DNA from: Iphione sp. A-MEVVRFRX5
Lineage: Eukaryota
Direction: 5' to 3'
Assembly: GCA_976226885.1 (NCBI GenBank)
Contig: OZ320315.1
Coordinates: 47,926,001 to 47,990,000 of the forward strand
DNA length: 64,000 nucleotides
In this document: positions 12,941 to 23,750 of the stretch, in pieces
Layout of the letters: every line of letters starts with the position of its first letter
Numbering within the stretch: position 1 is the first letter of the stretch
The notes under the pieces: generated by a model
Database searches by the model: none
Seen by the model: only the letters and a program-made list of their open reading frames with translations
Told to the model about the DNA's origin: nothing
Made by a program: the position numbers and the translations under genes

Positions 12941-14349
12941 TATCCAGTTAATGTAAAGATAAATGAAGGATAAAAAGAATCTTCGCATTCTTTGTTTATT
13001 CATGTTATTTGCGAAGTTCGACTCTCCTGTATCTTTGGCAATTTAGAGCAGTTATTGATATCTGTTGCAGCATCCCTACGTGCTCACTAGTGCTTTTGTT
13101 CATAACCACCTTCCCGCATGCATCAATGTGGATAGTATCACACACAATACCAGGAAGATGGTTTTGGTTGTGTAAATCTATAAATTTTCATTCTGAAAGA
13201 TAGACCTTTGGACATGTACGTTAGAGAAAGGGATCAGAATTAGACACGTGGTACACCTGCGTATAACAGAAACAGCATTACCGGTCGACTTTGAGTAAAT
13301 ACATACAATAATTACAAGGACGTTATACGAAAACAAAATTTCATCTGTTGCGAAGAGCTGGCTGACTGCGTCGTCCATTCAGCAGATGTCAATTCTGCAC
13401 AACAGATGTATCGATGAATAAGGAGCTTCCCCCCAAGTAATTCCATCGGTGTAATAATATTGTTCGCACAGTACCGCTGGCCAGGTGCTGATTCCTAATT
13501 GTAACGTACGAAACCTGGCTCAATAAAAACGTTAGAAACATACAAACATTATATTGCTTCATAGACAGGCCTCGTGCGGCACCTCTTTATTTGTAGTTGC
13601 AGTTTGTCTGTGAAATATGGGCTCGGTTCTCTATGGTGAACTAGTCTTGAATAAATAAATGTGGTGGAACTGAGAGAGGGAGATGAAAGTACGCCCTTAT
13701 ATTTGTGGGGGGAAGTGCTGAAATCAGTTGGCGCCAGATATGCTCTTAAGGGCTCTCTCACTCTCTTGAGTTGCAAAGCCACACTGTTGAATAAACTGCC
13801 TCGGTCCTGCTGGCAATATCCAGCTCCCGACCTTTCCACTGACCGCCAACCTGATGACGATCACTAATTGACCGTGGCTAGCCCCAGCAGCTGGTCGCTC
13901 CCCCACGTTCCGCTCTCCATCCCCCCACCCACCAACCCACATACCCAGCGGCGCAATCAGCAGGAGACCTCTGGTCAGTCTCGAAACCTGTCGTTTGACT
14001 GACCACCAGCCAGCCCAAGAACAAAACGTCCTGGCCCCCACCTCCACCCCCCCAATTGCCTCCCACCACCGCTACAGTGCTTCAACATTCACCCAGCCTT
14101 ATTCAGAGCTACCCATTCAACTGTTTGCCAGGCATTGATCCAGCCTGCGTGTAGCCGCACATCAATAGCTTGAACATGCTCGGTTTCGAAAATCGTAGTT
14201 TATTGAAGCAGAGCGAAGCCCCCACGGTACGTCGTGGTTTGAAGCCTGCACTATTGATACGACGAAAATTACATATTCATATAAAGCCCTGGTCACGAAA
14301 ACGCTGATCTTTATCGCGACAGTGACGGGCTTCGAGAATGATGGATACC

Positions 14350-14403
<54 letters not shown>
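14350..14403. repeat. (TCA)18 microsatellite
   Basis: Direct read; it produces the poly-Met ORF 14162-14401. Confidence 0.98.
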
Positions 14404-14567
14404 GAGCAAACTTTTTCGATTTTTTTCACGATTCAATCCACTTCATTTCCTGTTTTGAATATACATGTAATCGTCAATAGGAAAACATGTCTTTGATGAG
14501 GTCCGTTAATAGTGCTCTTTATGTTTGATAGATTGGCACGGCTGTGATTGCCACAGCTCTCTGTTTT

Positions 14568-14570
<3 letters not shown>

Positions 14571-14611
<41 letters not shown>
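14571..14611. repeat. (CT)n microsatellite
   Basis: Direct read, one interruption. Confidence 0.97.
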
Positions 14612-14615
<4 letters not shown>

Positions 14616-17060
14616 TAACTGTGAGGTAAAGGGATGGCTCCCTCTCCCGTCTAAATGTTCAGGTAGACGGATACGTATACTGCCGGTGCGGTACAAGAAG
14701 TCATTGTGTACACTAGCGCGCCACACAAGCGCCGGCAATACGGTGCAGACGAGAAGCTATTTCCATCCTATTTCTTGGACAGCCACATTTTCTACAATAA
14801 TGTAGTCAAAATATTTGTTACTGCAAAGAGAAATCTTCTGATGTGAGCGCCAGGCTCCTAGGCTATAGTGCCCCTGTGTGTCGCTGATTTAATTCTTCCT
14901 CATGACAGAAGAAAATATCCCCGTTCCCACGGTAAGATTGTGAACTACAAATTGGGCACGCAATCCATTCTCTGTACAGTGCATTTTCTTTCTTTTCTCA
15001 CCACAACCCCGCTCAGTCTGCAACAATACTGTGTTGTCCGCCGACAGTAATTTATCAGGCCGGCAGCGGTGAATCGGGCCGCCGGCCGAGGGTAAGCGAG
15101 TGAGTGCATAAATACAGTGCCGGATAGCACTATAGAGGAAGGACTGGCTGAACAGATGAATTGCCCAGTGCTGAGCAGCTCACAGTATACACCTTGGCTA
15201 CAGGCAGAGAGAAATAGCGGTAATCGCGCCGCATTCAATTCTCTGTTGGCGCCTCTAACCGTCAGTAGCACCTTTCATTGAGGTTACAGATTGGGGAAGA
15301 AAAACACAGTACAAGAACATATTAGTCTTGGCGTTTTTACGTTTTGCCTTTCTATGGTGGGGTTTTGTGAGTATTGGGGCAAGGGGAGGGGGGGGGGTCC
15401 ACTCTCACAGTGGGCACAATCTGGATTTAAGTAAAATGCAATACTTTTGTGTACGCTTGGATTTCGTGTTCTGAGCACGCAAGGCGCACAGAAAACCCAG
15501 CCATTCCGAGCACGTCTACTGGTTTTAATATTTGCCTTCCCCCTTAAGGTTATTCTTAGATTTTCATTTATCAGGAAAGACGACTCCCGTGATACTACTC
15601 CGATCCAGTGCGCATTATTTATCTTAATGACACTCAATATGCTGCCTCGGCCGATACATCCACACAGCCTAAAGTGCTCCGAGGAGATGTGCCGAACGTA
15701 CAACATGATGCAAGTTACTTGTTTAAATCAGCCATGTTGCATTGCTCGATCGTTTCTTATGAGTAGAAAGGTCATGGCTCATGCAAAGAAAATTTCCCTA
15801 CCGCGTAAATCTTTTCATTGGTACGCTAAAGTGCCCGTGTAAATCATCCCTTGTCACTACTCTGTAATTGCCAGTTTCACCGACGCTGAACTAGTTTTCT
15901 CTAATAAATAGTACGTGGACAAGCAACCGATGATAGCCCTGACCCAGTGCCTTAGAAAGTATCTTGCCGCCTTCAAAATCTTAAAGAATACGGGTTTCAA
16001 GAGGAGGGCTTATGTCAGCGGATAAATAATACTCTATCGACTTTGATTAAAATTTAGATATTCCCCAGATTTGATATAATACGCTTGTACCGATGTTTGT
16101 GTCCTTCGCAGTAGAAAGGACTAGAAAAGAGCTACACAGTCAATTTTCCGCCTTATTGCTGTCTTTATTTGTGAACTTGTTGGGGACATTTACAAGTTAG
16201 GCAACGATGCAAAGACACATAACACCAAGCATAACAGCATCGTATAAAACACGACTTCTCGCGAGAACCTGTCGTGATCGTTAGTCGTTTTGTTGTCAAT
16301 TTGCCAATCTTATCGAAGAAGGTCCCTCGCTTTGCTTTTGCCTCTCTGCCCCCATCTCGGTAAGTGGAATAGTCTGCTCCGTTTAGAATAGATTCCCCAA
16401 TCCAGTGGCACCACCCATCTTTTAAGAATACCTGCAGAGAGGGGTGTCAACAAAAACGCCGGCTGGCAATGATTTGGCATGTCGCTCGTGGATTGCATCT
16501 GTTGACAGTGGACGCTTTCATATTCTTTCCCCCATCATCCCAGCGGGCTCTTAAATCTTGCACTTTAGTGTCACATGTCGTGTCAAAAGGGAATAAAGAA
16601 CACTATTAGCGAACCACGTGCAGGCATTATACGGCCGTAAGTTGTATGTATCTGTCAACCGTTTAGGCGTGGGTGGGCCACTTTTTTACCCTCTGATTTT
16701 ATGACGTACTCGATTTAGACCCTCCGGTTGGTCATGTGTCGCGACCCGGAGGTACTTCCGTCTGACTTCCGGCAAGCTGTGACCTCCACAAGTGGTATGC
16801 CTGGAATGAGAAAAAATGCAAAATGAATGTGCGCCATACAACGTCAGGTGTCGCTAAAAAGTTTCCATCCTTCGGCAATCCGGCCATAGGTACATATAAA
16901 TAAAAACTAAACATAAATATTCTACGCTGTTTATCAAAATAAGCCTTGTTTCCTACCACAACTTTGGATACAGATTTCCACCTCCTGCAAAATTGACCTA
17001 CGGGAATATTCTGTCATACCGACACGGAAGCTGGAAATAATTTATCATACTGTCTTTCAG

Positions 17061-17142
17061 GATTGACAAGTGGGCGTCAGAGTTTGGTACCACCATCTAC
17101 GACGTGTGTCGGAAGGCGACGGGTCTGACAGATATACAAACG
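17061..17142 (+). CDS. CACNA2D: alpha2/delta subunit, coding exon 2
   Basis: Acceptor tgtctttcag| and donor ACG|gtaggt. The exon is 82 nt, phase 2 to phase 0, and encodes IDKWASEFGTTIYDVCRKATGLTDIQT. It aligns without gaps to the remembered CACNA2D3 exon-2 peptide VKLWASAFGGEIKSIAAKYSGSQLLQK (9/27 identical, including WASxFG), with the same length and phases as I recall them. Confidence 0.92.
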
Positions 17143-18467
17143 GTAGGTTCTCCACATTGTTATTATCAACAGGGGCAATGACTTATTTGAAAAAGTAGCA
17201 GTATATTCGTTTTTTTTTCGTAATCTTCTGATGTTCAAATATTATCAGGATTTGCCCTGGCCCGGGGAAATCTTCAGGGCATGTGCAATACATGTAGGAC
17301 CAAAAGTACATACATCCATTTTTCATGTGTATTTAAAAACAGTGGAGTTAACATCCCAGACGAGGGGCTTCTCTGGCAGTGCTCGGCCTTGGGTTTTGCA
17401 GACGTGTGTCCATGTACTGTGTGAACATAAAACAGCCAACAAATAGAAAAAGGGACCTTAAGTCAAAAGTTTCAAATTAAGTTTTGAGTTGCTGATTGCA
17501 TATAACTAATTGAGAAACACGTCTTGCTGTCTTTTCCTGCAGGTCTTTAAATATGCAGTGTACAATCTACATTTATTTTCAGCGTATCCTTAGAGTGTAT
17601 TATAAAGTAATATGTGTCACCTAAACGCATCAAAATGAACAACATTAAGGGGAATTGCAGCACTGATTCTTAGTGTTTAGAATTCCAAAGGATTACACTT
17701 GCATTTTTATGAGTTTAGCTGCGGAATTAAACTTTAAATGCGTTGTACTGACCAGCATTTCATTCATTGAGAGCAATACATGTAATCGATGTGCAGTAGC
17801 CAAAGGAATTTAAAAAAACAATTTACAACAGTTGTAACGGACTGTAAATGATTACTCCAATGTTTTACGGTCGATATTGTTGGTTTGCTGCATTGTATGT
17901 GTCACTCTCAAAATTATGTATGTATAAAATCCTCTTTTGAACTGCATAATTATATGTCGTCGAAAAAAGAGAACTTCAAAACCTCCAGCCATCAGTCGAC
18001 TTCTATGTGGTGAGATGTCGGCGGCATTAATTATAATTCGGCTACTTGTTCACTATTCAGTGTATATACTCGCATGTTCCCTTTAGTATGCGCGCACCAC
18101 CCAAAGTGAGAAACCTTCGAAATGTAATTAAAGCACGGCGGCCATCTTTTTTCTCTTTAGGGCTATGTGACGAGCTGTGTCTGTATACAATATGAAACAC
18201 TAGAATAGCTGCCCTGTGCAGAAGCCACAACGAGAAAAAGCTCCAAGCAGCAGAGTGGCGCAAGCACGTCTGTGAGGCTTCTTACTCACCACCTGTTTTA
18301 CAAAGAAGCCTTCGAAGTCAGTTTTAAGTAATCATCGGTGGTGAATTGTAGCTACCTCTACTCCCCGAGTTGTGATGTGCTAAGTAAACGTACCGTATTA
18401 AACTGTATAGAAGGCCTGCTTCACCATTCTAGTCCAATGTATATATATAATTGTCTTTCAAACATAG

Positions 18468-18650
18468 GCACTTAGTGGAGGCTCTTCACTGAAACATATT
18501 TACTTCACCCTGTTTTTCAAGTAAAAAAGTGGGAGAAGTCATTACGTGAGTAGCGTTTTACCTGCCTGCACTTAGTGGACGGCTTCGTGCTGTGAAACAT
18601 TCACTTCTCACTCGTCTTAAGTTAAAAACGCAGAGAAGTCATCACAGTTT
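18468..18650. repeat. Diverged tandem duplication, period 100 bp
   Basis: GCACTTAGTGGA at 18468 and 18568, each followed by CTG(T)GAAACAT-like and GAGAAGTCAT segments in the same order. Confidence 0.8.
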
Positions 18651-19829
18651 CTTCACACAGTAACTTTTTGTCCACCTGCTTTTATTGAGGGGTTCCCTTC
18701 TTAAAAGATTTTCTTTGGTCTGTTCTTGGAGGTACAAGTTCAAGAGACATCAGATGGTTAAAAATTTGTCCACCTGCTTCATATGTCTCGATTTGGATCA
18801 GCGAGGGCTTCTTTAGTAAACCAGCAATGTAGTGGAATGGAAACAGGTATTGATTACCACCAGAAGTCCAGACAGCGCAATGTAGGCAATGTTGAGATGA
18901 CCCCAAACTGTTAAAAGGGGATACATCCGAACAACGTCCATCTAAGCATCCTAAAAGATATCTGTACCTGGTGATCACTGATACACATTCGTCACTCAGG
19001 TTTGGATGAAATGACGCTGGTATCTGCCTCAGGCGTTCCAAAGGTTGAGAAAAGGTGGGACCTCGTTTACAATCCTGATGTATGAGGGCCTTCTCGACGG
19101 GTCTTTCTGGAACGCAATGATAGCAAACTGCAATATGCCCATGGCTTGTTGTCGTCCATGGTCAATTACAGCGTGCCTGGACATTATTAGGTCGATCTCT
19201 GACCATCACGTCCTCATCTGTCAATTTAATTAAGAGCGACCGTGTCCGCCATTGTTATGAAGCAAAGTACGCCGGGTACCATTTTAACGTTTTATTTCAA
19301 CATTATTGAATGATGCCGAGCGACATGCAATTATTAATGGCTGCACACGAGTGCCGACTGATGTTATGTAGTGCAGTCAGGCAGACAGTGTGTTTCGCAA
19401 TGCTTCTCAGAACCCCATTGACACCGGCAGTAATTACTGCCTTATTAGGACAATGAATTGAATTATTTATAAATGTAATATGATCAGCACCCTATTTAGA
19501 TGGGCCTGGCGACAGAGCCCCTATATAATAAGAGGCCCATTAATCATAAATCATTGTAAGTTAACAATCATCTAGAGGGGCTATGGCACTCGTATTACAC
19601 AAAATAATCTGTGCACCAAGATAATTCAACAATGTTGCCGAGTTTAAGTATGTTTGCTGAGAATCAAATATGATTGATTAAGGCCCACTTTCCATGTGTA
19701 TGTGTCAGTGCAGCAGGGTTAGGAAATTCTGCAGATTTTCTGGACGAGCTCAGACGAGCACAGAAGGGTGCTTTCCATGTATAGGGATAGGAAAGAGAGG
19801 GAGAGAGGGAGCGAGGGAGAGAAAGTGTG

Positions 19830-20020
19830 TGTGTGCTGATCCCAAGGAATTCTGTTTAATTCTGTGTAAACGGTACTTTTTACATAGATCTCTATCCAAG
19901 TCTGTGTAAACTGAGCTTTTTGTGCTGATTTCGAGGAATTCTATCTGATCTATTAAATGGTGAGTCTTTTTGTATTTCTCAAGGAATTCTGTCCGAATCT
20001 GTGTAAAGCGAGTTCTTTAA
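19830..20020. repeat. Degenerate minisatellite, about 4 units of 41-48 bp
   Basis: AGGAATTCT at 19845, 19934 and 19982; TCTGTGTAAA at 19861, 19902 and 19998; TGTGCTGAT twice. Confidence 0.8.
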
Positions 20021-23000
20021 ATGCAAACTATTATATCACATCATCTAACATGTTACCAGAGATTCTTTAAACAACCATTTAAACAATCAGTATGCTTCTA
20101 GTCCATGAATGTCCATGTCCGGAGACATTTACAGCCCAGGGCTGTTTTTGGCCTGTGGACAGCTTCGGACGCGGAGCACAGAGCACATAGCCCGTACACA
20201 CGGAAAGAGCCATGTCTATTCACATAAGATCCTTTTTTCCCCATGCACACATAAACGGACTATAAAAAGATCTATACACATGGAATCCTGGCTTTAGAAT
20301 ACATAATTATAAAACAAGTAAACATTGTCATTATGTCCCCTAGAGTTAATTTTGGGTTAATTCTCCATCCAGGAAAATAGAATGATTAATATAAATGCTT
20401 AAATGCGGTCAACTGCATCGTGAAATGAAATGCCTCTGATGGAATTATTTTATGATGAATGATTGAGTAAATATATTAGTTCATGTAATTATGATTCTTA
20501 AACTTGTAACTGTCAAAGCCATCATATTTAGGGTACACCAGAGAGATTTGGTCACCACTGTATCTGCCACAAGGGTTAGCTGAGTGAAGTCTAGTAGGTG
20601 TGTGTGTTGGTGAACGCTTCGTGGTTGATGAGAAGGCAGAGAGGGATACGATGACTGGTGGTTGAGGCCGTTCGGTTGCCCTGACTGTGTGATGTTGTCG
20701 GGAAAGGGTGGGGGGGGAGTGCGAGGATGGATCAATACTATCCTGGCCAACCTCACGTGTAAACACAAAATAACGGCCCTCGTCCTAGCCACATCCACAT
20801 AGCCGATAACATCGCAATCAAATACACTGTAGACGCAGTGCGCCGGCCACCGGCCGCATTATGCCGATCAACTACCGAACCGCTTCGAATATCCGAATCA
20901 ATAAAGAGAATAAAGTCCTCGGCTTCAACATCCCGCTCATGTCCTATTCCCCATGCGCCAGTTCCATTACTTCTTTTACAAAGCTTGAGTGAAATGGCAT
21001 CCAGGATTAAATATTGCATGCGCGGTATCTTTTTTTTTTTCTAAACCATTAACTGGCAACATATAAGGATTATAGAGCACCAGGCGGTGATGTGTGTGTG
21101 TGGGGGGGGATGTTTAACTACTGTTTGTGGCTGTTTGCTTCCACAGTCTGTGAAGTGATACAAAGGCGGACAATGAATGCATGAGTAGGGACTTTTTCGC
21201 CCCCCTCCTCCTACCCTGGCCATTCTCTGATGAGAATTGCATCCCGCAATGCTTACTTCTCCAGCTCGGGGTGATGACTGCCTATTGATCTGTGGAGATC
21301 GCCCGGCCGCCCCGAGTCGGGTTATATAAGATACGCCGTCCCCCACGGCCTGTGGTCGCAAGGGGGGAATAGACCTCTAGATAGAGCTTGTTGACCTACA
21401 TAGAATCTATAGCCGTATCGATTGCCAATAGCCGATCGATATTCAATCATTATATATGAAGCGTAGGATTAACAAGGCATCCACTGTACAGAGTGTAACC
21501 ACAATGTGTCACAGAGGATTAACTAGCACTAATTAACTACATCTGTATTTAATCAATCTCATTGATGAGTTAGTTCTGTGAAAACTAATGTTGGTCAGTA
21601 TCGATAATAACGCTAAATGATCAGTCATTCGAGACAGTGCTTCATCGGTATTCTTGAAACTTTAGCACAAAACATGTAGCGTATTGAAATGGAGTCAGTT
21701 TCCATACATTCATGCTTATAACATCAGCCCCACCCCTTGCACCACAATAAATTGTACTGGTATAATTTCATAAAGGACATGAACGTTAGCAAGTTATTGC
21801 GAAGCCTTTCGTCCGAATGAAATAATTTGTATGTTTAATTATCAAAATAAGATTGTTTTCTTACCATATCATATTACTATCATGCTCAATCGAAACTTAC
21901 CGTAATGGTTTCAGTCGAACAGGCACAGTTGGTCTCTTGAAGACTGCCTTGGACAGAGGAATACATAGATGACGTGAGAAGAACTGGAAGATCCCGTCCT
22001 TTAGTCTTCGGGACATTCACCGCTGCCTATTCATAGAAATTTCTCCTTGAAGTTTTTTTTAGTCCCGATTGATGTACAAATCTATCACGTGGATGGATCG
22101 GCTGGTATTGCAGTGTTGCATGCAGGGCGGTAATCTCGTAGGTCACGTGTCAGACTGGGCTGGCGTCCATCCGGCGTGCTTATAGGACACCCAGGATAAG
22201 GTAGTGTGCGGGACGGGCCGAGGTCTTCCACAGTATTAACCTGCACGGCGCAAACTGTCTCGCGTGTGGATGGCCTTGTCAATTGAATATAGTCTTCAGG
22301 CTCACTGGGTGATAGGTTAAGTGTTATCTGCTATCCCCAGGTGGGCAGATCCATGCAATCATCAGCGCTCCTCCTTCTAATAGCGCTATACCACTTACCA
22401 ACATATCCATGCGTGTCGCCGCTAGTAGATCAGTAACAAAGGCAGAGGAGATGATTGCAAGTGCTTCAAAATTGGTAAGGGTAATGGGTAAAATTGTTAA
22501 TTGCTAATTGGTAGGCTTCTAAATACACTATACTTCAATTTAAGGGCTGTAAAGAAGCATAATCTGCAATTCGCCAGGACAACTCGGCCGTAGTTCGCAC
22601 TGATCTATGACAAATCACTACTTTAAAGAGGATCTTTGTTATACGACCGATGCTCCCTGACGTGAAAAGTAAATGATTTCCGTGGAGGGACTGAGAGCTT
22701 GATCTTATCATGTGAAACGCGTGCGTGGGTGGGCATTTCAATCGCAGAGGACAAATGCATTGAGGTTTTCGCGTTGAAGCTTCTTCAACAACAAGGCCTT
22801 CATCAGAATGGCTGCGGGCGCGGCGGCATCGTGCGATGGGGAGTTTCTTGCGGCGAGGCCCCTCGCCAGGCCCTCTCGGGCCGGTAACCTGCAGACAACA
22901 GTGCCGGCCACTGAGAGGCTCTCTGTCACGCACAAAGAAGCGGTCCGCCACCCACCGAACACGCGCTCCACATGGGGGCGCCACTCAAGACAGGGGCACC

Positions 23001-23696
23001 CTCTTGTGGAGCGTGCTTCCCGCTTCGGGTTCTGATACGGCGCACTAAACCTCCTCTCAGCCGGCCGCTCATCTCTCTCCAACAACGTGTCTGTGACAGT
23101 TCGGCAAGGCTCAGCTCTTCTGTCCTGCTCGTGCTCTCCGCCCTCTACTATAATATCAAGAGACAGAATTGGTGGGGTGCTCCCCTAGCGGTGACCCATA
23201 TCGTCCAGCAGGCGTAAAAGAAAAACGCACAGCGTACTGTAAAATTCACATCTAGGCGTCCCAGACCCATGGACCAACAAGTGCAACCGTTCCCCTTGCG
23301 TAGTCGTAGTCGGCATATGTCCTCTGTAATCCGCCAAGAATATTTATGTCGTCTTCCCTTCGCGGAAACGATAATCAAATAAAGCGGCCTCGAGGTTGAT
23401 TGCAGTTCTTTTTGACTTAGCTAATATCACGCTTTCAATACACGCACACAGATAAGCACCTTGTCACTACAGAGAATGTTTGCCGTTTGAAATAATATGT
23501 TCCTGATAGACATAACTGTCAAATGAAGGGACGTGTGCCCTGCCTGAAAGTCTACAGCAATCCAATTTCATCCGTTGGCGGGTTTACTGATGTCGCTAAC
23601 CGAAGTTTTTATAACACTCCTCTGATGTAGAGTGCATGATAAATGATACAGATGCTGCGTGATCATACTCACTTGAAAGCACACGCTTTAAGACGC

Positions 23697-23750
23697 CACC
23701 ACCCACCCACCCACCCACCCACCCATCCACACACACACACACACGCACGC
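23697..23750. repeat. (CCCA)n followed by (CA)n simple repeat
   Basis: Direct read. Confidence 0.95.

Larger units (their letters stand above)
2754..17060 (+). other. Intron 1 of the CACNA2D-like gene (14.3 kb, GT-AG, phase 2)
   Basis: Bounded by GTAAGT at 2754 and TTTCAG ending at 17060; joining the flanking exons gives a continuous frame. Confidence 0.8.

Noticed and set aside
13474-13492. REST/RE1-like TCAGCACC-T-GGCCAGC on the minus strand
   Set aside because: Spacer is one base short and the right half-site is mismatched.
11064-13879. Two 11-mers (TGACCGTGGCT and TCACTAATTGA) shared by the 11.1 kb and 13.86 kb islands
   Set aside because: Hundreds of 11-mer matches are expected by chance in 64 kb, and there is no extended alignment.
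13955-14000. GAGAC..GTCTC-GAAAC-CT-GTC hammerhead-like half
   Set aside because: No CUGANGA-like box upstream and no convincing stem I.
14162-14401. Poly-Met ORF
   Set aside because: Artefact of the (CAT)n microsatellite.
16240-16365. Phase-2-compatible donor TCG|GTAAGT at 16360 as exon 1
   Set aside because: No in-frame ATG after the upstream TAA and no signal-peptide character.
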